64,000 nt of DNA from positions 270 to 64,269 of the forward strand of contig JBLMZW010000141.1 in assembly GCA_050259035.1 (NCBI GenBank). Direction: 5' to 3'. Origin of the DNA: Chitinophagales bacterium (GTDB taxonomy: Bacteria; Bacillota; Syntrophomonadia; Syntrophomonadales; DTU052). Positions 28,414-38,016 of the stretch are shown piece after piece (the first letter of the stretch is position 1; every line of letters starts with the position of its first letter). A program made the translations under genes and the position numbers. Below the pieces are notes generated by a model that did not search any database, was not told the origin of the DNA, and was given only the letters and a program-made list of their open reading frames with translations.

Positions 28414-29979
28414 TTATGTGTCTTGGGTAGTATTCGACGGAATTTGAATACAGAACGAAACTCCCTGTTGCTCATTCTCCGCCCATACCGAGCTTTTGTT
28501 AAGATCGGCCACCCGCTTCAGAATTGCCAAACCTAACCCGATTTCACCGTCTTTTCCGGAACTGAAAGGTTCGAAAAGGTTAGGCAGCAGTTGCGGATCA
28601 ATAGAGTTGCCGTCATTCCAAACCCGCAGAATGACCATTTCGTCTATCCGGTTGGCGGTTATTCTGATCTTATTACAGGCATGGCGCAACTGGTTATCAA
28701 GCAGGTTTTCCAATCCCACCTCCCATTGCTGCTTATTACCTGTAACCAGGAGAGGCGGCAGTTTATAATCCCACTCCAGTTCCGGCCGGCGGGGTTGAAA
28801 TCGTTCCGCACAATCCGATATTATCTGGGACAGATCGAAAGAAGCAGTGTCCAATTGATGACTTGACAGATAATTGAGTTTGTTTAAATATAAGAGATCT
28901 TTAATACGACTCTCTAAACGCTCAGATTCCTTAATAATTACGTCAATACTGGCCTCCTGGGTACCCCGGGGATAAACCCCATCCAGAATAGACTGAGCGT
29001 AACTGTGAACTACCATCACTGGTGTCTTTAATTCGTGAGAAACGTTCTGTAGAAATGACCTCTGAGCCTCATCCTGGCTTATCAGTTTTTGGCGCATTTG
29101 TTCGAAGGCCCGGGCTAACCTGCCAATCTCGTCTCGCCGCACCATCTGAATGGGTTGATGCCAATCATGTTCAGCGATACGAGCAGCTTCTGTTTCCATC
29201 TGAATCAGGGGTCGGGATAAATATTTTGCCAATCCCATGGAGGGGAACCAGCTCAGTACTAAAAGAATGAACATAAGAACAAGCAGACGCCAATACATAG
29301 TTTTTACCAGACCGTTCCAATATGTGCCCCAGGAATATGTAACAGCATAAACCGGTTGATTTTCAATAATGCTCCTGCGAATAACATAGTAAAGTGTTTT
29401 GCCTCCTGTTTTGTGATAATACTCCTTAAAGATTTCTTTTTGTATCAAAGCTTCATTCTTTATAAGATTAAACGAGTCGATGGGAAGGTCATCGGGGCAA
29501 AGCGTTTTATTATCTCCAGAAAAGACCATATGCCGCACCAACTTGGAGTCTCCCGAAGTAACAGGGAGTACTGAAATATTTATATTATCCAGAGTTGACT
29601 TACCCAGAGCCAGACTGGTGGTAACAGTATATTGTTCCTGAAAAATAGTCGCCCGGTCAGGCCGGACAGAGGTTACAACACCGCCTGAGGCTTGAGCTAT
29701 ATATATGCCTTTCATAATATCGGATTCATTTTTAGTCGAGATTTTAATATTCGGTTTAACCGTAATCTTTACACTGCTTTGAGGTAGGTTGGTATCAGAG
29801 AAGGAATCAAGTTTAATTACTCCGACAGTTGGTTGAGAATCCCCCAGCATTTTAAAGACCTGTTTAGTGAAAAACTCGTTCAATGTCCAGGGAAGAAAAA
29901 GGACCAGCAGCATAAAAATTAGGCCGGTAATACCTACACACATTAACCAGATTTGAAAGGATAAGGGCATGTTCTTCAT
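28414..29979 (-). CDS. HAMP sensor histidine kinase, CssS-like
   Basis: MKNMPLSFQIW start, two TMs, HAMP, SHELKTPVMVVHSYAQSILDG, NLLDNQLRH, GLGLAI. Confidence 0.85.
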   Translation of the reverse strand: MKNMPLSFQIWLMCVGITGLIFMLLVLFLPWTLNEFFTKQVFKMLGDSQPTVGVIKLDSFSDTNLPQSSVKITVKPNIKISTKNESDIMKGIYIAQASGGVVTSVRPDRATIFQEQYTVTTSLALGKSTLDNINISVLPVTSGDSKLVRHMVFSGDNKTLCPDDLPIDSFNLIKNEALIQKEIFKEYYHKTGGKTLYYVIRRSIIENQPVYAVTYSWGTYWNGLVKTMYWRLLVLMFILLVLSWFPSMGLAKYLSRPLIQMETEAARIAEHDWHQPIQMVRRDEIGRLARAFEQMRQKLISQDEAQRSFLQNVSHELKTPVMVVHSYAQSILDGVYPRGTQEASIDVIIKESERLESRIKDLLYLNKLNYLSSHQLDTASFDLSQIISDCAERFQPRRPELEWDYKLPPLLVTGNKQQWEVGLENLLDNQLRHACNKIRITANRIDEMVILRVWNDGNSIDPQLLPNLFEPFSSGKDGEIGLGLAILKRVADLNKSSVWAENEQQGVSFCIQIPSNTTQDT

Positions 29980-30659
29980 AACTTCACCATCCTATAGCCA
30001 AAGCCGTAAATGGTTTCAATTCTCGCTCTGGGGATTTTCTTCCTGACCCTCCGGACAAGGTCATCGACCACCCGATCCGAGCCGAAATAATCACTACCCC
30101 AAACATTTTCTATTATTTGCTCTCTTCCCAGGGCCAGGCCCCGGTTGTTAACCAGATACCACACCAGATCAAATTCCTTCGAAGTCAGGTCGATTACTAT
30201 GCCGTCTTCATCACGAACTACCCGCTCAAACTCATATAGGGTGTAATAGGAGAAATCGATTGAATGAGCGGCCTTTGCCTGGAGTTCTGACTCGCCGTAT
30301 ACTCTCTGGAGAAGCTTACGGGAACGAATAACCAGTTCTTGCGGGAGAAAAGGCTTGGCCAGATAGTCTTCACTGCCCATCTCCAACCCGACGATCCGAT
30401 CTATATCAGCGTCCCGGGCTGAGATGAATATAACAGGAACCTGAGCTGATTCTATTTTGATCTCCCTAATCAATTGAAAACCGTCAATGCCAGGTAGCAT
30501 TATATCCAGAATCCATAAATGCGGCGGTCGCTTAATCCATGGTCTGGCATCAGCACCGTTTAGAAAGGACTTTACTTCCCAACTTTCCTTTTTCAGATAG
30601 GAAGTCAGTATTTCGTTCAGACTGGGTTCGTCTTCTACCAGATATACTATGTAATCCAT
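29976..30659 (-). CDS. OmpR-family response regulator, CssR-like
   Basis: VYLVEDE, PHLWILDIMLP, FISARD, GSDRVVDDLVRR, ETIYGFGY; AAGGAGG RBS before ATG 30659. Confidence 0.88.
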   Translation of the reverse strand: MDYIVYLVEDEPSLNEILTSYLKKESWEVKSFLNGADARPWIKRPPHLWILDIMLPGIDGFQLIREIKIESAQVPVIFISARDADIDRIVGLEMGSEDYLAKPFLPQELVIRSRKLLQRVYGESELQAKAAHSIDFSYYTLYEFERVVRDEDGIVIDLTSKEFDLVWYLVNNRGLALGREQIIENVWGSDYFGSDRVVDDLVRRVRKKIPRARIETIYGFGYRMVKL

Positions 30660-30757
30660 ACAGGGGTCCTCCTTCCCATTAGAAGGACGCAAACTTACGC
30701 CCCCTTAGAACGCTTAATAGACTTTTTGGGGATTTCGCCGTTTTGGGTTGATTCCCT

Positions 30758-30818
30758 TTAAAACAAGCTACCCGAAAATTGCGGAAAAATTGTCACTAGA
30801 ATGTGTGAAATTGTAAAA
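30758..30818 (-). promoter_or_regulatory. CssR-type direct-repeat array and -10 upstream of the response regulator
   Basis: TTTTACA-ATTTCACACA-TTCTAGTGACA-ATTTTTCCGCA with 10-11 bp period, then TAGCTT; matches 33332-33385. Confidence 0.6.
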
Positions 30819-30834
30819 GGGCAGGGTAGACAAC

Positions 30835-30866
30835 AAAAACCCACCTTTATTTATTAGGTGGGTCTT
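30835..30866 (-). terminator. Terminator after aminotransferase
   Basis: ACCCACCT...AGGTGGGT hairpin followed by TTTTG on the minus strand. Confidence 0.65.
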
Positions 30867-30938
30867 CGAATAGTTCTAATTAAGTTGGTGTACTTAAATA
30901 ACTGCGTATTAGCCCGGCTGAATTAGAGTTGGCTTATT

Positions 30939-32414
30939 TCACGACTTAACTGCCACATTCTTAAACACCTTGTCAAAGCGGCTGAGAACATCATCTATCA
31001 TCTCTTCCGTATAAGCCGCACTGGTATATAACCGGCTGCCAGCTAAAGTAACCAGACCTTCCGCCATATAAGCTGCGCCCATATGTTCCATCTCAGTTTT
31101 TCTTTCCGATGTTGCGCTTATAACCCCGGGTATGGTCCAGGGCTTAGACCAGTTAATAGCAAAATGCATAGTTCCCACCGTTTCTAAATGACAGATTGAT
31201 CCTTGGTTAAAGACCACAAACGGCAGTTTATATTTGTCGATCAGAGTTTGCAGCCCGGCGATTAGTTTGTCTGCCATCCTCCCGGCTTTAGCTGCTGCGT
31301 TGGTTCGTTCAATTTCACATAGTGTGTAATAACCAGCAACACAACTAAGGGGATTGGCTGCCATGGTGCCCCCAACCAAAGCCTTCTTATGTTTATCACC
31401 TGATCCCAGCCCGGCAGACAAGTATTTCATGCATTCTCTTTTTCCCCCCAGGCCACCGGCGCCAGGATAACCACCGGCTACGACCTTCCCAAAGATAGTG
31501 AGATCGGGGGATACATTGAAGTAGCCCTGCGCGCCGGACATTCCCAACCGGAATCCAGTTACCACTTCATCAAATATTAATAAAGCACCGTACTTACGAC
31601 ACAGTTTTTCGACGTTCTGGTTAAAATCAAAGTCCAACGGTCTGGTGCCGCTTTCCGGACCAACGGGTTCTATGAGCACCGCGGCTGTTCCACCCCTCAA
31701 CTGATTAAAACGGAGCTTTCTTTCTAGATCGCTTAAATCATTGGGGAAAAACTCCTGGGTATTCTTGAAACAGAACCGGGGTACCCCCTCTGCCTGAGTC
31801 CATTTAGAGCCCGGAATACGAATTCCGTAAGCCAGCTGGTCACTCCAGCCGTGATAGGCACCGCCCATTTTAATTATGTATTTATTGCCAGTAGCCAGAC
31901 GAGCTACTCTTATGGCTGCCATACAGGCTTCTGTTCCTGAACCAAGCATGCGAAACATTTCAACAGTCTTAAAATTATCAGAGATTTTTTTAGCCAGTTT
32001 ATATTCGAATTCGTGGAAAAGTCCGGTTGAAGGACCACAGTCATTTAACAATTCAAAAACTTTTTCTCGAACCTCGACGGGGTTGCTTCCCAGGACTGTT
32101 GGCCCGCCGGCCTGAAGAAAATCATAATAACGATTGCCGTCAATGTCGTATAAATACGCACCTTCAGCTTTTGTAAACACCAGAGGAAAAGGGTAATTAA
32201 AAGCCAGGTTGTGCTGTACTCCGCCAGGAATAATTTTTTGGGCGTCCGCAATTATTTCCTTGGACCGCGCACACTGCTTGTTAAAATATTCTTCTTCATA
32301 CTTTTTAAGCGCATCCGGACGGATTGTATATATTGGCATTCGAATTAACTGGTCAAGTTGTTTGGTTATTTTACCGGCATCGGGATATTTGGAAATCGCT
32401 GATACTTGATTCAT
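30939..32414 (-). CDS. Class III PLP aminotransferase (GSA-aminomutase-like fold)
   Basis: SGTEA, YHGWSD, FDEVVTGFR, FGKVVAGG (PLP Lys), GGTMAANP; GGAGG RBS before ATG 32414. Confidence 0.85.
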   Translation of the reverse strand: MNQVSAISKYPDAGKITKQLDQLIRMPIYTIRPDALKKYEEEYFNKQCARSKEIIADAQKIIPGGVQHNLAFNYPFPLVFTKAEGAYLYDIDGNRYYDFLQAGGPTVLGSNPVEVREKVFELLNDCGPSTGLFHEFEYKLAKKISDNFKTVEMFRMLGSGTEACMAAIRVARLATGNKYIIKMGGAYHGWSDQLAYGIRIPGSKWTQAEGVPRFCFKNTQEFFPNDLSDLERKLRFNQLRGGTAAVLIEPVGPESGTRPLDFDFNQNVEKLCRKYGALLIFDEVVTGFRLGMSGAQGYFNVSPDLTIFGKVVAGGYPGAGGLGGKRECMKYLSAGLGSGDKHKKALVGGTMAANPLSCVAGYYTLCEIERTNAAAKAGRMADKLIAGLQTLIDKYKLPFVVFNQGSICHLETVGTMHFAINWSKPWTIPGVISATSERKTEMEHMGAAYMAEGLVTLAGSRLYTSAAYTEEMIDDVLSRFDKVFKNVAVKS

Positions 32415-32445
32415 GATACCCCTCCATATTATTATAGAATGAGGT

Positions 32446-32492
32446 GAGTGATTGCTCACTCGTAATTTAAGAATAAACCATTATTTAGTCAA
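32446..32492 (-). promoter_or_regulatory. SigA promoter with downstream TetR-type operator
   Basis: TTGACT-N17-TAAATT on the minus strand, followed 2 nt later by the perfect inverted repeat GAGTGA-N4-TCACTC (32446-32461). Confidence 0.7.
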
Positions 32493-32550
32493 ACGTCAAT
32501 CTATATTTCACTGATAGAAAAATTAAGGAATTAAAAAGAGAGGGTAAGTT

Positions 32551-33204
32551 ATGAAACTAGATAAGGCAACTATATCTTTTATGAAACTTTCCTCGGAAAA
32601 ACAGAATCGAATAATGGAAGCGGCCATAACCGAATTTGCCGAGTATGGTTATAACAGCGCCAACATCAATAAAATAGCCCAAAATGCCGGGGTTAGCATA
32701 GGCTCTATGTACAAGTATTTCAACAGCAAAGAAGATTTATATTTAACAATTGTTCATCTGGGGGTTGAGACTCTTAAAGCAACTCTAGAGGACATTGTTA
32801 ACCGGGAGGCCGATCTTTTTACCCGGATAGAAATGATACTCCAGGCTATTCAGTCCTATTCCCGGCAGTATGTTGGTTTAACCAGATTGTATAATGAGAT
32901 GACTACTGAAAACCATTCCGAATTAACCTGGACCATTGTATCCGACATGGAAGGAATAACCGCCGAGTTGTATTCTTCTTTCATTAAAGGAGCCCAGGTG
33001 TCAGGTCAACTGAGACCGGATATTGACCCCAGATACTTTGCTTTCTTCCTGGACAACCTGTTTATATTACTGCAGTTTTCCTATGCCTGTGAATACTATA
33101 AAAACCGGTTGAAGATGTTTATCGGCCAGGAAGTTTTTGACCAGGATGAATTAATGGTGGATCAGTTAATGAAGTTTATCAGGGGAGCCTTCGGTCTGCA
33201 ATAG
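32551..33204 (+). CDS. TetR/AcrR family regulator
   Basis: IAQNAGVSIGSMYKYFNSKEDL HTH; divergent from the aminotransferase. Confidence 0.92.
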   Translation: MKLDKATISFMKLSSEKQNRIMEAAITEFAEYGYNSANINKIAQNAGVSIGSMYKYFNSKEDLYLTIVHLGVETLKATLEDIVNREADLFTRIEMILQAIQSYSRQYVGLTRLYNEMTTENHSELTWTIVSDMEGITAELYSSFIKGAQVSGQLRPDIDPRYFAFFLDNLFILLQFSYACEYYKNRLKMFIGQEVFDQDELMVDQLMKFIRGAFGLQ

Positions 33205-33331
33205 AATTATATTGTTGGCTGCCGACCTATATCATTAGTCGATAATAGGAAAAATTCTCAATAACACATCTAATAAATGCGCCATAATTATGGTCATCAA
33301 TCTAATGGCCAATATTCTTCTTCTGCCAGCC

Positions 33332-33385
33332 TTTAACAATTTCCCACAATTGCCTCATATTCTTTCCGCATTTTTTCCTTAAATT
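33332..33385 (+). promoter_or_regulatory. CssR-type direct-repeat array and -10 upstream of the hybrid ABC operon
   Basis: TTTAACA-ATTTCCCACA-ATTGCCTCATA-TTCTTTCCGCA then TAAATT; 32/45 ungapped identity to the reverse complement of 30774-30818 (hand count). Confidence 0.6.
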
Positions 33386-33535
33386 CATCTGGACAGGATA
33401 ACGGATAAGATCTGGGTACGAGCCCTATGGTCTGCTCCTTATTTAGAAATCTTAAGAAAATATTTAAAAAGAACCAAGATGAATTTTAAGATTACCATTT
33501 TATAGTGTGGCTTAGGGAAGGAATGGGGGAGAAAC

Positions 33536-34396
33536 ATGCGCTTAAGGTTAGAAAAATCAGAGAACCGGGCCGGGCTGCTTTTCGCTGCGCCCAGCCTGGC
33601 TGGTTTTTCCATATTCTACATAATACCTTTCATCTTTATAATCTATTACTCTCTTATCGATAATCCAGCTAGCCATCAATTTGTAGGCCTTGCCAACTAT
33701 TTCGCATTATTGAGCAATCCTATTTTTCTCAAAGCCGGATTTAATACAATCGTATTTACCATCATCGGAGTACCTCTCATAATGATTCTTTCTCTGGGTT
33801 TAGCATTATTACTAAACCGCAGTATGGTCGGCCGCGATTATTTTCGGGCGGCGTTCATATTACCTTTGATAGTCCCGGTAGCATCGGTGGTTTTAGTCTG
33901 GCAAGTGGTATTTAATTTTCACGGTTCATTGAATTCAGTTGTGGTTTTGCTGGGGCTTAATCCCGTAAATTGGATGAATACATCCTGGGCCAGAGTAATT
34001 GTTACTCTCTTTTATTTATGGAAAAACGCCGGATATAATATGATTCTCTTTCTTGCCGCCCTACAAAATATACCCCGGGAATTATACGAGGCAGCCTATA
34101 TAGACGGAGCAGGAAGCTGGCAGAGGCTGGTCAATATAACTCTGGTACATCTGATCCCCACCGGTTTTTTTGTTTTCATCATTTCCGTCATCAATTCATT
34201 TAAGGTTTTCCGGGAAGTATACCTGATTTCGGGGGATTATCCACATGAGAGCATCTACATGCTTCAACAATATATGAACAATATGTTCATGGCACTGGAT
34301 TATCAGAAACTATCCACCGCCGCAGTCATTACAGCGGCGCTGATTATAGGAATTGTATATGCCTTCTTTAAATTGGATCGAAATTTTAGGCGGTGA
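33536..34396 (+). CDS. Carbohydrate-type (CUT1) ABC permease
   Basis: FVGLANY, WKNAGYNM, EAA loop LYEAAYIDGA. Confidence 0.88.
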   Translation: MRLRLEKSENRAGLLFAAPSLAGFSIFYIIPFIFIIYYSLIDNPASHQFVGLANYFALLSNPIFLKAGFNTIVFTIIGVPLIMILSLGLALLLNRSMVGRDYFRAAFILPLIVPVASVVLVWQVVFNFHGSLNSVVVLLGLNPVNWMNTSWARVIVTLFYLWKNAGYNMILFLAALQNIPRELYEAAYIDGAGSWQRLVNITLVHLIPTGFFVFIISVINSFKVFREVYLISGDYPHESIYMLQQYMNNMFMALDYQKLSTAAVITAALIIGIVYAFFKLDRNFRR

Positions 34397-34402
34397 CAGA
34401 CG

Positions 34403-35293
34403 ATGGGTAAAAGACTGTTGGGGGCCAAACCTCCGGTCCAATATTATGTTCTAATTTTTGGTGCCTTGCTGGCTCTGGTTTTTATTACGCCCCTTATTTT
34501 GACTGTTACCAATTCTTTCATGAGTCTGGGGGAAATAATGAGTAATTACGGGATGATAATTCCCGATCAGGATAGTAATGAAATGGTTAATAACGGGTAT
34601 GCCAACCTCAAGTTGGTACCCGATATGGTTACTATCAGACAGTACTATCAGGTTCTCATCAAGGAATCCCAGTATCTGTTCATGTTTTGGAACTCGGTGT
34701 TTCTGGTGGCAATGATATTAATAGGACAGATACTGGTGGCAAGTACGGCGGCTTTCGCTTTCGCCAAAATTGATTTTCGTTGGAAAGAACCACTGTTCTT
34801 GATTTATATCTTAGTAATGTTGATGCCCTTTCAGGTTACCCTGGTACCGAATTATCTGGTGGCTGATTTCCTTGGGTTGATTGACAAACCCGGGAGCATT
34901 ATTTTACCTGGAATTTTCAGTGCCTTTGGGGTTTTTCTCTTAAGACAGTTCATGTCCTCCATACCTGATCAGTATATAGAAGCAGCCAGAATTGATGGTG
35001 CCGGATATTTTACGATATTTTATCGAATCATCCTACCCATGTCCAAGAACGCAATTGCCGCCCTGGCTATTCTGGTTTTTATGGATAACTGGAATATGGT
35101 TGAACAGCCGTTGATATTTCTGCAAAGCGTATTTAAACAACCCTTATCCTTGTTTTTATCTCAGGTCAACCTAAAGGAGATGGGCATCGCCTTTGCGGCG
35201 TCGACCATCTATATGATACCTGCCTTGCTGGTGTTCTTTTACGCGGAAAATTATTTTGTTGAGGGGATTCAGCACTCCGGATTAAAACTATAA
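34403..35293 (+). CDS. Carbohydrate-type (CUT1) ABC permease
   Basis: MPFQVTLVP, FGVFLLRQF, IEAARIDGA, WNMVEQP. Confidence 0.88.
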   Translation: MGKRLLGAKPPVQYYVLIFGALLALVFITPLILTVTNSFMSLGEIMSNYGMIIPDQDSNEMVNNGYANLKLVPDMVTIRQYYQVLIKESQYLFMFWNSVFLVAMILIGQILVASTAAFAFAKIDFRWKEPLFLIYILVMLMPFQVTLVPNYLVADFLGLIDKPGSIILPGIFSAFGVFLLRQFMSSIPDQYIEAARIDGAGYFTIFYRIILPMSKNAIAALAILVFMDNWNMVEQPLIFLQSVFKQPLSLFLSQVNLKEMGIAFAASTIYMIPALLVFFYAENYFVEGIQHSGLKL

Positions 35294-35312
35294 AAACATT
35301 GGAGGCCACACT

Positions 35313-36590
35313 ATGATTGACATTGACAACGAATTAGCGGCTGGAGATCAGAAGAAGACCATAGTTAAAAAACTGCTTTTAATCTTTTTTGCAGTAATGC
35401 TGTTGTTGACGTTTTTCTCCAATACCATTACCAATTACACTTTGCCGCGAGTTAAAGTCGAGTACCCGACCAGTGGCTCGCTAGTAAAAGAGATACTGGC
35501 CCAGGGGGAAGTATTGCCTAAAGACAGCCAGTGTGAATATACCAGTCTCAATACCGCCGTTAAAACGGTGAATGTAGAAGCCGGGGATGCAGTGGCCAAA
35601 GGACAGATAGTTATGACTCTGGATAACGCAGTGGCCATGACTCAGTATCAGGAGGAATTGGTTAATCTTAATAAATTGAAATTGGTTCTGGATAAATTAG
35701 AGCAGGAGGCTCCCGCTAATGATAATCAGACCTTGAAAAGGAAGCTGGCTGATTCACAACAGAAATATGAGGCGGCGAAGAGGAGTTATGACAGGGCGAA
35801 GTTGCTTTTCGACGCCGGGGCGGAATCCAAGGTGAACCTGGAGTCAGCCGAGGATCAAATGAAGACTCTGGAAAGGGAGTATCAACAGGCCCGTGAGGAT
35901 TATACACAGGGAATTAAAAGCAGTCGTCGTGAAATTCAGGATGCTCTCTATGACATTACAAGTCAGCAATTAAAGGTCAATAATCTGAAAAGGGAACTTG
36001 ATACCAAATACACTTTACGAGCTCAGTGCGATGGTTTGGTTAAGGAGATAAATTTTAGCCCGGGAACATTGACTAATAATGCTCAGCCTCTGTTTGTTAT
36101 TACCAATACAGCGAAAGGATTTGAGTTTAAGACCACTGTTGACAGTGATGCCGCCAATTATCTGACTAAGGGCGATGAAGTAAAGATCAGTCTAAAATCA
36201 AGCAATCGTGGCCTAAACGGCCTAATAGACAGGTTGGTCAGCAGTGGTGAAGGTAAGACCAATGTTTTTATAGACATCGACTGCAGCGATTTGACCGGGG
36301 GAGAGGCGGGCGAGGCTTTTATCAGCAAGAATATAGGATTCTACGATTGCTTGGTATCCAATTCAGCGCTGGGACAAGATTCATCGGGCAGTTTCGTATG
36401 GACCTTGGCGGAGCGTAAAGGGGCCTTTGGCAACCAATTATATTTGAGAAAGACCTCCGTTACCCTGGATAAATCAGATAATTCAAAGACTGCCGTTCGC
36501 AGTGGTTTGGACAATGAACAGAAAATAGTGGTTTCGGTTGAAGGCAACCGTCAATTGACTGATGGGTGCCGGGTTATGCTTCCCGATTAG
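35313..36590 (+). CDS. Membrane fusion (periplasmic adaptor, HlyD/MacA-like) protein
   Basis: Single N-terminal TM (LLTFFSNTI..LPRV), lipoyl half-motifs V.AGDAVAKGQ and LRAQCDGLV, long alpha-hairpin, beta-barrel/MP tail. Confidence 0.8.
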   Translation: MIDIDNELAAGDQKKTIVKKLLLIFFAVMLLLTFFSNTITNYTLPRVKVEYPTSGSLVKEILAQGEVLPKDSQCEYTSLNTAVKTVNVEAGDAVAKGQIVMTLDNAVAMTQYQEELVNLNKLKLVLDKLEQEAPANDNQTLKRKLADSQQKYEAAKRSYDRAKLLFDAGAESKVNLESAEDQMKTLEREYQQAREDYTQGIKSSRREIQDALYDITSQQLKVNNLKRELDTKYTLRAQCDGLVKEINFSPGTLTNNAQPLFVITNTAKGFEFKTTVDSDAANYLTKGDEVKISLKSSNRGLNGLIDRLVSSGEGKTNVFIDIDCSDLTGGEAGEAFISKNIGFYDCLVSNSALGQDSSGSFVWTLAERKGAFGNQLYLRKTSVTLDKSDNSKTAVRSGLDNEQKIVVSVEGNRQLTDGCRVMLPD

Positions 36591-36614
36591 TGTCGGAAAA
36601 CAGGGGATGATTTC

Positions 36615-38003
36615 ATGAATAAACACAGACGGATAATAATGTTGGCTGGAATACTTATTTTAATTCTTTCCTTTTGTTTGGAGGAGTCAATCCTGGAACA
36701 GGTGGTTGACAACAATGGATTCGTTGGATTGAACAAGACCATGATAAAGGCCAGCTCCAGACCAAATGTTGATAAGAACCAGGCGCTAACCCTTGATGAT
36801 ATTAGTTATTTAGACAAGAAGGCAAAGGGTGGCAGCATTACATATCTGACCAGGCAGGATAGTGAGGCTGGTGGGAATTGTAACTGGACCCGGGCCAGAA
36901 TCATTGGGACCAACTATATGTATCCCCGGTTCCGTGATCTGCATATGGAATCCGGTGGGATGTGGACCGAGGAAGCTGAACGGGAAGGCCTGAGAATGGC
37001 TGTAATTAATAATGATCTGGCATGGCAGTTGTTTAAATCAACTGAAGTGGTGGGAATGGATGTAAATATTTTAGGAAGCACTTTTAAAGTTGTTGGGGTA
37101 ATGGGGAAAAACGAAAGCCTTATCGCCAGGTTAGCCGATGATGGCGTGCCAGAAATACTAATACCGGGACCGGTTTATTATAGTTTGGCAAAAAATCCGG
37201 AAATTCTGGAGATCCAAATATCCGGTGAAGAATCTGGCTACATAAACGAACTGCTGACGGGAATGGGCAAGGACTTATCTTGCTTCTCAATCAACGACTA
37301 CCATGATACTCAACCCCTAATGGGACAGGTTCCGCAAATACAGGTTTTTCTTATTGGTTTATTGTGTATTGTTGCGTTACTGCGTTGGATAAGAAAGGAG
37401 TTTCGACAGCTTGTTAAATTGTTGAAAAAGGACAGCTGCAATGATTACTTTGCAGTGGTCTTAAAAAGACGATGGCGCGAGGCAGCTGCTTTTTTATTGA
37501 TAACAGGCGTTCTGATTGCGACCATCATTTTTATTTGGAGCAACATCCATTTTCAAATTTATGTACCATCCCGCTACATACCGGATGATCTGATAAATAT
37601 TCAATACTACACGGAGGTGATTAAACAGGACATAGCTAACGGACGGACGGCAGCGGAGTTTTACCGGCCAACAACGGACTTGGAACTGGGAATTTGCCAA
37701 AATATCAATTTCTTTCTTTATTTTATTAGCTGGCCGTTAAGTCTGGTACTGCTTTTGTACGGCCTTTCCCGGCGACGGTGGATTCCTAAATATGCCCTTA
37801 AAACTATGGTGTACACAGCTGGAACTATGATTTTATCCCTGATAATCGTGGCCTTAATAGGCTTCTTCACGGGGTCAAAATCCGTATTAAACCTTCATGC
37901 TTTTATTGTCCTTTGGTGTTTTATTGGTTTGAAGCTGATATATATTTTTGTCAGTTCTTCGAGAGAAAATGGACATCTAACGGAATTAATTTCATTTAAA
38001 TGA
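36615..38003 (+). CDS. MacB-like (MacB_PCD) membrane protein
   Basis: TM, then extracellular domain with IIGTN, AVINNDLAWQLF and FKVVGV, then further TMs; no ATPase domain. Confidence 0.7.
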   Translation: MNKHRRIIMLAGILILILSFCLEESILEQVVDNNGFVGLNKTMIKASSRPNVDKNQALTLDDISYLDKKAKGGSITYLTRQDSEAGGNCNWTRARIIGTNYMYPRFRDLHMESGGMWTEEAEREGLRMAVINNDLAWQLFKSTEVVGMDVNILGSTFKVVGVMGKNESLIARLADDGVPEILIPGPVYYSLAKNPEILEIQISGEESGYINELLTGMGKDLSCFSINDYHDTQPLMGQVPQIQVFLIGLLCIVALLRWIRKEFRQLVKLLKKDSCNDYFAVVLKRRWREAAAFLLITGVLIATIIFIWSNIHFQIYVPSRYIPDDLINIQYYTEVIKQDIANGRTAAEFYRPTTDLELGICQNINFFLYFISWPLSLVLLLYGLSRRRWIPKYALKTMVYTAGTMILSLIIVALIGFFTGSKSVLNLHAFIVLWCFIGLKLIYIFVSSSRENGHLTELISFK

Positions 38004-38016
38004 GAGGTGGAAGAGG

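Noticed and set aside
30939-32414. hemL assignment
   Set aside because: Same fold, but with atypical inserts, no tetrapyrrole genes nearby and a dedicated TetR operator; symbol withheld.
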